Origin: Myxococcota bacterium | GTDB lineage: Bacteria; Myxococcota_A; UBA9042; PHBI01; JAWLBL01 | Assembly: GCA_041687695.1 (NCBI GenBank) | Contig: JAWLBL010000006.1 | Location: forward strand, 1 to 64,000 | Direction of reading: 5' to 3' | DNA length: 64,000 nt | Part shown: piece after piece, positions 19,405-32,559 of the stretch | Position numbering within the stretch: position 1 is the stretch's first letter | Layout of the letters: the number at the start of each line of letters is the position of its first letter | Position numbers and translations under genes: made by a program | The notes under the pieces: model-generated | The model's input: only the letters and a program-made list of their open reading frames with translations | What the model was told of the DNA's origin: nothing | Databases searched by the model: none

Positions 19405-20624
19405 TGCCAGAACCCGACCCCGAACAGCAGGTTGGAGTAGCGCGGCGCCACGTCGAACCCGGCGCTCGCCTTGATGTCCCAGCGCCACAGCTCGAACAGC
19501 CGCAGCTCGGCGCCGCCCGTCAGGTGCAAGCGCCCGACGGCGTCGTCGCGCGTGCGGCTGGGCTCGTTGTAGCCGCCCAGCCGCACGCGCAGCCGATCGT
19601 GCACCACCTCGGCCTCGGCGCCCACGTGCAGGCCCACCGACGCGCGATCGCCCGACGCCAGCGGCGCCCCGGCCAAGAAGCTCTCGAAGCCCACGGCCCC
19701 GTCCGCGGGGCCGACCACCCGCAGGTCGGCGCTCAGCAGCACGTAGCGCCGGTCCCGCAGCGGGCGCTCGCTCCCCCAGCCGGCCCCCGGCTCGACGGGC
19801 AGGTTGTACTTGCGCTTGCCGATGAGGACCAGGCGGCTCGCCCCCACCGTGACCTGCCACGGGAAGCGGGCCGCGCCGGGCGCCTCGTCGCCCGGGTCGC
19901 CGCTGACCACCTGCAGCTCGCGCGGGGTGGTCGGGAGCTTCAGATGCGCGCCGAAGCGCCAGGGTTGCGCGGGCGGACGCCACAGCACGCCCACGTCGAG
20001 CGCGTCGCCCTGCAGCTGCACGACGCTGCCGCCTTCGCGGAAGTCGCCGATCTCGAGCGCGCGCAGGCCCCAGCCGAGGCCGACCACCCACTCGCCCTCC
20101 GCGAACGCGTAGCCGACCCCCAGCAGGACGTCGAGCGCGTTGATGTTGGACACCCGCGCGCCGTCCGACCCGAACAGCTCGTAGCCGGACGTCAGCACGG
20201 CGACGCCCAGCCCCAGCCGCCCGAACAGCAGGCTGGCCGCCACGTTGCCGGCGTTGAACGCGCTGCCCTCGGGCGCGCTCGCCCCGTCGTTGTCGAAGTC
20301 GATCTCGCCGCCCGGCGTCAGCAGCGTGTCGAAGCTGAGGTCGTAGTCGAACCAGTCGACCGAGTAGCGCGTCCGGTTGGCCACCGCCGCCGGGTTGCTG
20401 AAGAAGCCCTCGATGCCTTCGCCCACCCCCGCGTACGCGCCGCCCAGGCCGATGACCCGCGACGAGCCGATGACCGGCCCCCGGTGCGCGTCCAGCGGGT
20501 GCCGGGCGCCCTCGGCCGCGCGCGCCCCGCCCGGCGCCCCGGCGGTCAGCGCGACCAGGGCCGCGAGCGCCGGCCCCGCGACCCGGCTTGACCACGCGCG
20601 GGCGCGGCGGTACAGACCCGCCAT
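19401..20624 (-). CDS. Putative outer-membrane beta-barrel protein (FadL/PorV-like plug)
   Basis: Signal peptide, RVIGLGGAY...NPAAV, amphipathic strands, C-terminal FGVGFWH; start uncertain. Confidence 0.65.
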   Translation of the reverse strand: MAGLYRRARAWSSRVAGPALAALVALTAGAPGGARAAEGARHPLDAHRGPVIGSSRVIGLGGAYAGVGEGIEGFFSNPAAVANRTRYSVDWFDYDLSFDTLLTPGGEIDFDNDGASAPEGSAFNAGNVAASLLFGRLGLGVAVLTSGYELFGSDGARVSNINALDVLLGVGYAFAEGEWVVGLGWGLRALEIGDFREGGSVVQLQGDALDVGVLWRPPAQPWRFGAHLKLPTTPRELQVVSGDPGDEAPGAARFPWQVTVGASRLVLIGKRKYNLPVEPGAGWGSERPLRDRRYVLLSADLRVVGPADGAVGFESFLAGAPLASGDRASVGLHVGAEAEVVHDRLRVRLGGYNEPSRTRDDAVGRLHLTGGAELRLFELWRWDIKASAGFDVAPRYSNLLFGVGFWH

Positions 20625-20850
20625 GCCCGCCGCCCCCCAAGCCCCGCCTCGGCCCCGTCGCTCTCCGCTGCGTCTGGCGCTCATCGCGCTCTGGGCGCTG
20701 GTGGCCGGCTGGCTCGTCATCTCCATCGCCATCAGCATCACCAGGGCGCTGTCCTCGGGGCAAGGGCCGATCAAGGCCGAGTCGGCGCCAGCCCCCGCGG
20801 ACCCAGCGCCGCCTCGAGCGCCTGGAGCGCCTGCCGAGACGCCGCGCTGA
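20623..20850 (+). CDS. Possible small single-TM protein
   Basis: One strong hydrophobic helix (LALIALWALVAGWLVISIAISI), but it overlaps both neighbours. Confidence 0.4.
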   Translation: MPAAPQAPPRPRRSPLRLALIALWALVAGWLVISIAISITRALSSGQGPIKAESAPAPADPAPPRAPGAPAETPR

Positions 20851-21280
20851 TCCGCACGCGCCGCGCCTCGGGCCCGCGATCCTCGAAGCTCAGCCACCAG
20901 GCCGCCACCTCGCGCAGCGACGGCGCCTGCTCGGGCCACTCGACCAGCACCAGCCGGTCGGTCTCCAGCAGATCCCGAAAGCCCAGCGCCTCCAGCTCGT
21001 CCTCGTCGCCCAGCCGGTACAGATCCAGGTGCGCGACCGGCAGCCGCCCGCCGTCGTAGGTGTGCACCAGCGCGTAGGTCGGGCTCGACACCCCGGCCTC
21101 GCGCGGCACGGCCAGCGCCTCGCACAGGGCGCGCACGAACACCGTCTTGCCGGCGCCGACCGGCCCCTCGAGCCCGACGACGTCCCCCGGCGCGGCCACC
21201 TCGGCGAAGGCCGCGGCGAGCGCGCGTGTGTCGCCCTCGCCGTGGCTGTCGATGACCAGCTCGTCCGCGTCCGTGCGCAA
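20771..21280 (-). CDS. tsaE: t6A biosynthesis ATPase TsaE
   Basis: LEGPVGAGKT, VSSPTYAL, HLDLYRL, LVEWPE. Confidence 0.95.
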   Translation of the reverse strand: MRTDADELVIDSHGEGDTRALAAAFAEVAAPGDVVGLEGPVGAGKTVFVRALCEALAVPREAGVSSPTYALVHTYDGGRLPVAHLDLYRLGDEDELEALGFRDLLETDRLVLVEWPEQAPSLREVAAWWLSFEDRGPEARRVRISAASRQALQALEAALGPRGLAPTRP

Positions 21281-21291
21281 GGCCTGGCGCC

Positions 21292-21767
21292 CTACTTGAA
21301 GGCGACCTTGATGATCTCGTACTCGCGCGCGCCGCCCGGGGCGTGGAAGACCACCTCGTCGCCGGTCTTGTGCCCGATGAGCGCCCGCGCGATGGGCGAC
21401 TGGTAGCTGATCTTGCCGAGCTTCAGGTCCGACTCGTCGACGCCGACGATCTGGTAGGTGACCTCTTCGTCGGTGTCGAGGTTGACCAGCGTGACCGTCG
21501 CGCCGAAGACGACCTTCTCGCCGCTGAGCGTCGCGGTGTCGATGACCTGCGCCCGCGCGAGCTTGTCCTCGATGGTGCGGATCTCGACGTCGATGAAGGA
21601 CTGGCGCTCCTTGGCGGCCGAGAACTCGGCGTTCTCGGAGATGTCGCCGTGGGCGCGCGCCTCCTCGATGTCGCGGACGTTCTGGGGGCGCTCCTCCTCC
21701 TTGAGCTGTCGCAGGCGCTCGCGGAGCTGGACGATGCCAGCCTTGGTGACGAAGTAGGGATCGCTGC

Positions 21768-21771
<4 letters not shown>
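21292..21771 (-). CDS. greA: Transcription elongation factor GreA
   Basis: [33 protein letters not shown]. Confidence 0.96.
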
Positions 21772-25037
<3,266 letters not shown>

Positions 25038-25095
25038 GGCTGACGGACGACCTCTTGCGGGGGCGCGCGGGGGGCGCGCACGGAAAAAGGAGCGG

Positions 25096-25821
25096 TCAGG
25101 CGCGCTCGAGCTTGCCGCCCGCGCCGATGCGATAGTGCTCGGGCAGGGCGCCCGTCTCCTCGATCGCCGGGCGCCAGGGCTCGAGCGACCAGCCGAAGTC
25201 GATGAGCTGCTCGTACAGGATGGTCTTGACGCGCGGCGACTCGTCGGGGTCGAGGATCCGCTGCGCCATCGGCTCGAGGGCGACCTCGGGGCCGTAGGTC
25301 GCCAGGCCGTCGATGGCCATGATGCGCACGTCCTCGTTGGGGTCGGTCACCAGCTCGGCGAGCTTGGCCTGCACCTGCGGGTGCGGGAAGTCACGCAGGT
25401 TGCTGACGAGCTGGACCTTGTGCTCGTTGACCCGCGTGTCCTTCTTCGAGGCCGCGTCGAGCGCCCGCATCAGCAGGGCGACCGCCGCCTCGAGGCCGCC
25501 GATGTCCTTGAGCGCCTTGAGCGGCCAGTACACGGCGTCGTTCACGGTGACGAAGCGCTCGATGGCCGGGATGGCGGCGGTCCCCTTGGAGACCAGCAGC
25601 TCGTAGGCCATCTGCTTCTCGTCGTGATCGACGATGCTGGCCTCGGTGCGGAAGGTGAAGCGCTGCATCAGCCCGAACAGCGCGTCCTCGGAGCCTTCGT
25701 CGGCCAGCAGCTGCATGCAGCGCTGGCGCTCGGCCGTCTGCATGTAGGGCTCGGTCACCTTGCCGGTCAGCTTCTGGATTTTGGAGCCGCCGCCGCCTCC
25801 GAAGAACTTGAGGAACCCCAT
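25096..25821 (-). CDS. HEAT-repeat protein
   Basis: [33 protein letters not shown] upstream of MGFLKFFG. Confidence 0.8.
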   Translation of the reverse strand: MGFLKFFGGGGGSKIQKLTGKVTEPYMQTAERQRCMQLLADEGSEDALFGLMQRFTFRTEASIVDHDEKQMAYELLVSKGTAAIPAIERFVTVNDAVYWPLKALKDIGGLEAAVALLMRALDAASKKDTRVNEHKVQLVSNLRDFPHPQVQAKLAELVTDPNEDVRIMAIDGLATYGPEVALEPMAQRILDPDESPRVKTILYEQLIDFGWSLEPWRPAIEETGALPEHYRIGAGGKLERA

Positions 25822-25886
25822 CGCCTTCACCTCCTCGACGTCACTCGACGCGCCTGCACTCCAACCTCGTGTTGCCGCGGTGCGCG

Positions 25887-25915
25887 CCTATAGCACTCGC
25901 GCCGGCCCCTGTCAG
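25887..25915 (-). promoter_or_regulatory. Putative sigma70 promoter (CTGACA-17-TATAGG) for HEAT-carB-greA-tsaE
   Basis: Consensus-like boxes with 17-bp spacing, about 65 bp upstream of the start. Confidence 0.5.
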
Positions 25916-26150
25916 CAGCCGTGCGCGCCTGCTCGGGGCCGCGCCGCGTCCGGGCCCCCGGAGCCTGTCCCGGAGCCCTCCCTGAGCGCCCGCCACAACA
26001 CACCCCCGGCCGCGCGCAATCCCCACGGGAACAGTTGACAGCGCCCGGCCGATGGCACACAGGTGCGGACGCCGCGCGTACGCCGCGCGTACGGCGCGGG
26101 CCGGCGCCCGAGCCGCGCCCGCCGTAGACTGAACCGCCGAGGGACCTTCG

Positions 26151-26804
26151 TTGGCCGTCCAGATCATCCTCGCCTCCTCCTCGCCCCGCCGCAAAGAGCT
26201 GCTCGAGCGGCTCGGCTTCACCGTCAAGGTCATCCCCTCCTCGGTCGAGGAGATCCGGATGGACTCCGAGTCCGCCGAGAACTTCGTCAAGCGCATGGCC
26301 CGCGCCAAGTGCCTGGCCGTCGTCGAGCGCCTGCAGACGACGCTCTATCCGACCGACGCCGAGGGCAACACCCTCCGCACGGGCTCGCCGCGCAGCGTCG
26401 ACACCCGCTGGGTCATCGGCGCCGACACGGTGGTCGTCCTGGGCGACCAGATCCTCGGCAAGCCCAAGGACACCGCCGAGGCGGCCGACATGCTGCACCG
26501 CCTGAGCGGCCGCAAGCACCGCGTCATCAGCGGCTTCTGCATCCACGACCTCAAGAAGAACAAGGAGGGCGTGCAGGCGGTGTCGACCGAGGTGACCTTC
26601 AAGAACCTGACCAGCGGCGAGATCGACAAATACATCGCGGTCGGCGAGTCGATGGACAAGGCCGGCTCCTACGCCATCCAGGGCGTCGGCGCCTACCTGT
26701 GCGACTCGATCGTCGGCTCCTACACCAACGTCGTCGGGCTCCCCCTCTGCCAGATGGTCGAGATGATGGAGGAGATGGGCGCCCACGACGTGCTGCCGTA
26801 CTGA
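26151..26804 (+). CDS. maf: Maf family nucleoside triphosphate pyrophosphatase
   Basis: ILASSSPRRKELL, IGADTVV, GKP, DKAGSYAIQG, NVVGLP. Confidence 0.95.
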   Translation: MAVQIILASSSPRRKELLERLGFTVKVIPSSVEEIRMDSESAENFVKRMARAKCLAVVERLQTTLYPTDAEGNTLRTGSPRSVDTRWVIGADTVVVLGDQILGKPKDTAEAADMLHRLSGRKHRVISGFCIHDLKKNKEGVQAVSTEVTFKNLTSGEIDKYIAVGESMDKAGSYAIQGVGAYLCDSIVGSYTNVVGLPLCQMVEMMEEMGAHDVLPY

Positions 26805-26806
26805 CC

Positions 26807-27514
26807 GTGGCCGGCGAGGGCGGCGAGGGCTACGCCGAGCGTCTGGCGGCCGTCCGGGCGCGCATCGCGTCGGCCTGCGCGGCGGCGGGGCGCGACCCGG
26901 CCGAGATCACGCTGCTGGCCGTGTCCAAGCGCCACCCCGACGCGGCCGTCCGCGCGCTGGCGGCGCAGGGGCTGGTCGACTTCGGCGAGAACCTGGTCCA
27001 GGCCTGGTCGGCGCGTCTGACGAGCCTGCCGGACCTGCAGGTGCGCTGGCACCTCATCGGGCCGATCCAGACCAACAAGGCCAAGGTGATCGCCGCGGGG
27101 CGCCCGCACCTGCTCCACACGCTGGACCGGCCGGCGCTGGTCGACGCGCTCGAGGCGCGGCTGACCGGCCCGCCGCTGGACGTCCTGCTGCAGGTCAACG
27201 TCGACCGCGAGCCGCAGAAGGCGGGCTGCCTGCCCGAGGAGGCCGACGCCCTGGCCGACCGCGTGGCCGCCAGCCCGGCGCTGCGGCTGCGCGGCCTGAT
27301 GACCATCCCGCGGCCGTCCGACGAGGCCGACCCGCGCCCCGCCTTCGCCGCCTTGCGCGGGCTGGGCGAGCGGCTGCAGGACCGGATCGATCCCGCGGGC
27401 GGGGCCTCGCCCATCCTGTCGATGGGCATGTCCGACGACCTCGAGGCCGCCATCGCCGAGGGCAGCACCCTGGTCCGGGTCGGGACGGCCCTGTTCGGGA
27501 GCCGCCCGACCTGA
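26807..27514 (+). CDS. yggS: YggS PLP homeostasis protein
   Basis: LLAVSK, FGEN, WHLIGPIQTNK, GLMTIP, LSMGMSDD, VRVGTALFG. Confidence 0.95.
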   Translation: MAGEGGEGYAERLAAVRARIASACAAAGRDPAEITLLAVSKRHPDAAVRALAAQGLVDFGENLVQAWSARLTSLPDLQVRWHLIGPIQTNKAKVIAAGRPHLLHTLDRPALVDALEARLTGPPLDVLLQVNVDREPQKAGCLPEEADALADRVAASPALRLRGLMTIPRPSDEADPRPAFAALRGLGERLQDRIDPAGGASPILSMGMSDDLEAAIAEGSTLVRVGTALFGSRPT

Positions 27515-27521
27515 TCCCAGC

Positions 27522-28313
27522 CTACAGGTCGCCCTGGCAGTTGGTGTAGGAACCCAGGCAGATGTCGGTGGCCGAGACCTGCTGGCTGCACAGCTCGGGG
27601 TTGGCGCTGTCCCAGCACTCGGCGCCGACGCACAGCCGCCAGTCGTAGTACAGGGTCGGCGCGTCCTCCTTGCTGGCCTGATGGCAGCCGCGCACGCAGG
27701 CGTGGTCGACGTCGCCCAGGAAGTCGACGCACAGGGCGATGCAGCCCGACAGCTTGCCGCATCCGTCGCTGCCGGCGCCCGGCCCGCCGGCGTAGCAGGC
27801 GACCGTCGCGTCGAGGCAGCTGGAGCGCATGCAGTTGTAGTGCTTCTTCGACTCCGAGGCCTCGCACCCCGCGGTGTTCATGCAGCCCACCCAGGCGGTG
27901 ACCAGCGCGGTCTCGTCCTCGTCGGCGGCCGTCCCGCAGGTCTCCGCGGCGGTCTCGAGGCAGGTGGTCAGGGCCTCGCCCTCCTCGCCCGCGCACTGGG
28001 TCAGGTAGCAGGGGGCGACCTGCGGGCACAGCTTGCCGGCCGGCGGCGTCACGACGTCGGGCGTCGTGGTGTCCTCGGTCACGTCGGGCGCGCTGGTGTC
28101 GGGCGCGCTGGTGTCGGGCGTGGTCGTGTCCGGCGTCGACGCATCGGGCGCCGCGGTGTCGGGCGTCGCCGTGTCTTCGGCGCCCTCGTCGCCCTCGACG
28201 TCGCCCTGCTGGGTGTCGGCCGCGTCCCCAGCGACGTCGGGCGTCACGTCCCCGTCGTTCGAGTCGCAGGCGGCGAAGGCCAACAGACAGAAGCTCAACA
28301 CGATTCGGTTCAT
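27522..28313 (-). CDS. Lipoprotein with PDT-rich linker and CxxxC-rich helical domain
   Basis: Lipobox FAAC; (T/A)PDT repeats; many Cys. Confidence 0.8.
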   Translation of the reverse strand: MNRIVLSFCLLAFAACDSNDGDVTPDVAGDAADTQQGDVEGDEGAEDTATPDTAAPDASTPDTTTPDTSAPDTSAPDVTEDTTTPDVVTPPAGKLCPQVAPCYLTQCAGEEGEALTTCLETAAETCGTAADEDETALVTAWVGCMNTAGCEASESKKHYNCMRSSCLDATVACYAGGPGAGSDGCGKLSGCIALCVDFLGDVDHACVRGCHQASKEDAPTLYYDWRLCVGAECWDSANPELCSQQVSATDICLGSYTNCQGDL

Positions 28314-28356
28314 GGCCGTCTCCCCCGATCACGGGCGCTGGTGTGCGGAAGTGAGC

Positions 28357-28386
28357 GCAATAGCGGCGGCTCCCGCCGGCTGTCAA
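28357..28386 (-). promoter_or_regulatory. Putative sigma70 promoter (TTGACA-18-TATTGC)
   Basis: Perfect -35 upstream of the lipoprotein gene. Confidence 0.45.
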
Positions 28387-28406
28387 GGCCCCCCACCCGC
28401 GTCTCC

Positions 28407-28470
28407 GGCCACGGCCACGCTCACGGCCACGGCCACGGCCACGGCCACGCTCACGGCCCCGGCCACGGCC
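28407..28470. repeat. Intergenic hexamer tandem repeat (GGCCAC)n, about 11 units
   Basis: Directly visible; variants GCTCAC and GGCCCC. Confidence 0.9.
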
Positions 28471-29105
28471 TACGTGGGGATCGGCCGCCGTGCCCGCAGC
28501 GTGTGCACCGCGGCTCCGACCACGAAGCGCGCGTAGGCCGCCAGCTCCTGTCGGTCGGGGGCCTCGGTCAGGACGTACTGCTCGATGTAGGCCAGCCCGA
28601 TGGCGCGCGAGACCATCAGGGACAGGTGGCGCGCGTCCTGGGCGGTCAGCTCGCCGCGGGCGACCCAGGGCGCCATCAACAGATCGATGGCGCGTGTCAT
28701 CTGGCGGCCGAAGAAGGCGCCGAGGTGCGGCCGCAGGTCGGGGCGCTCGAGGGAGACGGCGAACATGAACCGGACGAAGGCGATGTGCCGCCCGTCGCGC
28801 TCGTAGATGTCGGAGACGAAGTGGGCGATGAGCGCGGGCAGCGCCTCGAGCGAGTCGGGCAGGGTGAAGGCGCCGGCCCGCGGCGTCATCATGTTGGCGC
28901 CAGCGTGCTGGACGATCTGCTCGATGAGCTCGTCCTTGCTGGCGAAGTAGTGGTACAGGCTCGGCTGGCTCATCCCCAGGCGCCGCGCCAGCTCGCGCAA
29001 GCTCGCGCCGGCGATGCCCCGGTCGGCGATGAGCGCGAGGCCGGCCTCGAGGACCTCGGCGTGGCGGCCCGTGAACGGCGGTTCGAGGCGGAAGGTCGGC
29101 TCCAT
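28470..29105 (-). CDS. TetR/AcrR family regulator
   Basis: HTH SLRELARRLGMSQPSLYHYFASKDEL. Confidence 0.93.
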   Translation of the reverse strand: MEPTFRLEPPFTGRHAEVLEAGLALIADRGIAGASLRELARRLGMSQPSLYHYFASKDELIEQIVQHAGANMMTPRAGAFTLPDSLEALPALIAHFVSDIYERDGRHIAFVRFMFAVSLERPDLRPHLGAFFGRQMTRAIDLLMAPWVARGELTAQDARHLSLMVSRAIGLAYIEQYVLTEAPDRQELAAYARFVVGAAVHTLRARRPIPT

Positions 29106-29151
29106 CGGGCGCAGGATGCCACGATCGCGGCGGATCGCGACCGCAGGAACA

Positions 29152-29403
29152 TCACGCCGCGCGCGAGTCGCCCGAGATCTTGCCGCCCGTGGCCGGCGGC
29201 GCGTGCCGGCGGTTGGCCTCGTGCAGGGCGTCGAGCTGCTGGCCGACGCCGCTGATGAGGCAGATGCCGGTCAGAAAGAAGATGGGCGCCAGGTTCATGA
29301 ACAGCGGCCCGGTCACGCAGCAGATGAGGATGGGGATCAGCGCGTAGAGGTAGGCGCCGATCATGACCAGGTGGTGGAAGGCGGAGCGCTTGTCGTCGTG
29401 CAT
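29152..29403 (-). CDS. Small two-TM membrane protein
   Basis: 83 aa with two hydrophobic segments; lies between a promoter and TetR. Confidence 0.6.
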   Translation of the reverse strand: MHDDKRSAFHHLVMIGAYLYALIPILICCVTGPLFMNLAPIFFLTGICLISGVGQQLDALHEANRRHAPPATGGKISGDSRAA

Positions 29404-29455
29404 GGCGAGCCCTCGGCGGCGGCGGCGGGCCTGCGCGGACACGCGCCGCGGCATG

Positions 29456-29505
29456 GCCTATCGCCAGATAGGCGAGAGTATGATCCAGGGCAGTAAACGC
29501 GTCAA
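29456..29505 (-). promoter_or_regulatory. Sigma70 promoter (TTGACG-17-CATACT) with a downstream palindromic operator
   Basis: -35 at 29500-29505, -10 at 29477-29482; inverted repeat GCCTATC-gcca-GATAGGC at 29456-29473. Confidence 0.6.
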
Positions 29506-29680
29506 CACCACCTGCGGGAAGCCGCTCTGGATGGCTCTGGGCTATCGATCGAAAGGTCGTCGGTCGGGTCCCGACCGGTCACGGAGCCGCGCGAGGCTTG
29601 ACGAACGGGGCCGCGGCTCGTCTCATCCGCCTTCGGTCACGCGGCCGTGGGGGCGCGTGCGAGCCGATCGGAGCAAGGTC

Positions 29681-30613
29681 ATGAACATCGCGGACGACAT
29701 CACCAAGCTGGTCGGGCGGACGCCGCTGGTGCGGCTCAACCGGGTGACCGATGGGGCTGGGGCCGAGATCCTGGCCAAGCTCGAGTTCTTCAACCCGCTG
29801 TCCTCGGTGAAGGACCGCATCGGCCTGGCGATGGTCGAGGCGGCGGAGGCGGCGGGGCAGATCGGGCCGGACACCGTGCTGGTCGAGCCGACCAGCGGCA
29901 ACACCGGCATCGCGCTGGCCTTCGTATGCGCGGCCAAGGGCTATCGTCTGATCCTGACCATGCCCGAAACGATGAGCACGGAGCGGCGCAAGATGCTGGC
30001 GGCGCTGGGGGCCGAGCTGGTGCTGACGCCGGGCGCCGAGGGCATGAAGGGGGCCATCGCGCAGGCGCAGGCGATGACCGAGGACCCTTCCGGCAAGTAC
30101 GTGATGCTGCAGCAGTTCCAGAACCCGGCGAACCCCGAGGTGCATCGCAGGACCACCGCCGAGGAGATCTGGGGCGACACGGACGGGCAGGTGGACATCC
30201 TGGTGTCGGGCGTCGGGACGGGCGGGACGATCACGGGCGTGACGCAGGTCATCAAGGAGCGCAAGCCGGCCTTCCGCGCGGTGGCGGTCGAGCCGACCGG
30301 GTCGCCGGTCCTGTCGGGCGGCCCGCCGGGGCCGCACAAGATCCAGGGGCTCGGCGCCGGCTTCATCCCCGAGGTGCTCGACACGAGCCTCATCGACGAG
30401 ATCGTGCAGATCGGCCACGAAGAGGCGGGCGCGATGGCGCGGCGCCTGGCGCGCGAGGAGGGCCTGATGTGCGGGATCTCGTCGGGCGCGAACGTGGCGG
30501 CGGCCGTGCAGATCGCGAAACGGCCCGAGAACGCGGGCAAGCAGATCGTGGTCATCATCTGCGACACGGGCGAGCGCTACCTGAGCACGTGGCTCTTCGA
30601 GGAGCCGGCATGA
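29681..30613 (+). CDS. cysK: Cysteine synthase A
   Basis: [46 protein letters not shown]. Confidence 0.96.
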   Translation: MNIADDITKLVGRTPLVRLNRVTDGAGAEILAKLEFFNPLSSVKDRIGLAMVEAAEAAGQIGPDTVLVEPTSGNTGIALAFVCAAKGYRLILTMPETMSTERRKMLAALGAELVLTPGAEGMKGAIAQAQAMTEDPSGKYVMLQQFQNPANPEVHRRTTAEEIWGDTDGQVDILVSGVGTGGTITGVTQVIKERKPAFRAVAVEPTGSPVLSGGPPGPHKIQGLGAGFIPEVLDTSLIDEIVQIGHEEAGAMARRLAREEGLMCGISSGANVAAAVQIAKRPENAGKQIVVIICDTGERYLSTWLFEEPA

Positions 30614-31608
30614 GCACGACCAGGCTGCCGGTCCGCCCCGCGGCGCTGGACGCCGGGCGAGACGGCGAGACGGAGGTCGCGGTGGACCGAAAGAGCCCGA
30701 CGGGGCTGGGCGCAGTGGTCGACGCGTTGACGGAGGCGCCCGAGGGGTGCCGGGGCATCATCCAGCCGGGGCGCAACGGCCGCCAGCTGCTGCCGTCCCG
30801 GGACGTGGTGGTCGCGCAGGTCGAGGCGCTGCGGGCCATCCTGTTCCCGGGGTGGTTCAGCGAGTGGGACCTGACCGAGGAGAGCCTACGCTACTACGTC
30901 GGGGCGACGCTGGATCGCGTGCTGCACGTCATGCAGGAGCAGGTCGAGCGCGGGCTGTGCGTCACGTGCGACACGCACGGGCAGGGGACGGACTCGTGCG
31001 CCGAGCGGGCGCGGGATCTCACGCAGCGCTTCCTGGCGCGGCTGCCCGAGGTGCGGCGCATCCTGTGGACCGACGTCGAGGCGGCCTTCGAGGGCGACCC
31101 GGCGACCGACAGCGTGGCCGAGATCATCTTCGCCTACCCGGGGCTGCGCGCCATCACCTACTACCGGCTGGCGCACGAGCTGCATGTCCTGGGGGTGCCG
31201 CTCATCCCGCGGATGATCACCGAGTACGCCCACAGCACGACCGGCATCGACATCCACCCGGGCGCGCGCATCGGCGAGCGCTTCTTCATCGACCACGGCA
31301 CCGGCGTGGTCATCGGGGCGACGGCCATCGTCGGCGACCGCGTGCGCCTGTACCAGGGCGTGACCCTGGGGGCGAAGAGCTTCCCGCTCGACGCCAACGG
31401 GCGCCCGATCAAGGGGGTCGACCGGCACCCCATCCTCGAGGACGACGTCGTCATCTACGCCGGCGCCACCATCCTGGGGCGCATCACCATCGGGCGCGGC
31501 TCGGTGGTCGGCGGCAACGTGTGGCTGACGCGGACGGTGCCGCCGGGCACCAGCGTCACCCAGTCGCAGGCGCGCCAGACCCACTTCGACAACGGCGGCG
31601 GCATCTGA
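30610..31608 (+). CDS. cysE: Serine O-acetyltransferase (long EpsC type)
   Basis: [41 protein letters not shown] overlap with cysK. Confidence 0.92.
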   Translation: MSTTRLPVRPAALDAGRDGETEVAVDRKSPTGLGAVVDALTEAPEGCRGIIQPGRNGRQLLPSRDVVVAQVEALRAILFPGWFSEWDLTEESLRYYVGATLDRVLHVMQEQVERGLCVTCDTHGQGTDSCAERARDLTQRFLARLPEVRRILWTDVEAAFEGDPATDSVAEIIFAYPGLRAITYYRLAHELHVLGVPLIPRMITEYAHSTTGIDIHPGARIGERFFIDHGTGVVIGATAIVGDRVRLYQGVTLGAKSFPLDANGRPIKGVDRHPILEDDVVIYAGATILGRITIGRGSVVGGNVWLTRTVPPGTSVTQSQARQTHFDNGGGI

Positions 31609-32549
31609 GCGCGCCCGACGCATCGCTGGCGCTGGCCCGCGCGCTGCTGAACGAGGACGCCAGGCCGCACGTGCCGGCGCCCGAGCTGGCGGCCTTCCGC
31701 CCGCTGTGGACCGAGGTGGCGCGCCAGCACGCCGCACCGCTGTCCCAGGCGGTCCTGGGCGGGTTCCGGGCCGACCGGCTGGCGTGGGCGTTCTTCAGCG
31801 GCTATCAGGCGGCCGGGCGGGTCCTCCAGCCCGACCTGGGGCCCCAGGTGACCTTCGGCCTGGCCGTCACCGAGGCGGGCGGCGGGCACCCGGCGGCGGT
31901 CGAGACGCGGCTGTCGGAAGGCGCGGACGGCGGGTTCGTGCTGCACGGCGACAAGCGCTGGTCCACCGGCGCCGAGGCGTGCGACGTGCTGCTGGTCGTC
32001 GCCAGCGCCGGCGAGGGGCCGGACGGGCGCAAGCAGCTCCGGGCCGTGCGGGTGCCGACCGACGCCCCTGGGCTGAGCTTCGCGCCGATGCCGCCGACCC
32101 CGTTCGCGCCCGAGCTGGGCCACGCCTCGGTGCGCCTGGACGGGGTGCGCGTCGGCGCGGACGCGGTGCTGCCCGGCGACGGCTACCTGCGGGTGGTCAA
32201 GCCGTTCCGCACGCTCGAGGACGTCCACGTCCACGCGGCCGTGCTGGGGCACCTGGCCGGGTGCGCGCGCCGGTGGCAGTGGCCGGCGAGCGCGCTCGAG
32301 CGGATCGTGGCCGCCGTCGTCGGGCTGGCGCCGCTCGCGACCGCGCCGCCGCTGGATCCGGCGGTGCACCGGGTCCTGGGCGGGCAGCTGGCGGCGATCG
32401 CCGATCTCATCGCCGAGCTGGCGCCGCACCTGGACGCGATGCCGGACGAGGTCGCGACGCGCTGGAGGCGCGATCGGGCGCTGTTCACCGTGGCCGGCAA
32501 GGCACGCGCCCTGCGGCTCGAGCGCGCGCGACAGGCGCTGACGGCCTGA
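31605..32549 (+). CDS. Acyl-CoA dehydrogenase-like protein
   Basis: AFFSGYQAA, AVTEAGG, LHGDKRWST, GDGYLRVVKPFRTLED; start uncertain (CTG 31605 or GTG 31671). Confidence 0.8.
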   Translation: MSAPDASLALARALLNEDARPHVPAPELAAFRPLWTEVARQHAAPLSQAVLGGFRADRLAWAFFSGYQAAGRVLQPDLGPQVTFGLAVTEAGGGHPAAVETRLSEGADGGFVLHGDKRWSTGAEACDVLLVVASAGEGPDGRKQLRAVRVPTDAPGLSFAPMPPTPFAPELGHASVRLDGVRVGADAVLPGDGYLRVVKPFRTLEDVHVHAAVLGHLAGCARRWQWPASALERIVAAVVGLAPLATAPPLDPAVHRVLGGQLAAIADLIAELAPHLDAMPDEVATRWRRDRALFTVAGKARALRLERARQALTA

Positions 32550-32559
32550 GGCGGACCGG

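Noticed and set aside
26035..26070. Promoter for maf (TTGACA; TGGCAC...TGC)
   Set aside because: No -10 box at proper spacing, and the GG-GC spacing is 9 rather than the 10 required for sigma54.
28050..28250. 15-bp tandem DNA repeats
   Set aside because: They simply encode the PDT-rich linker of a lipoprotein.
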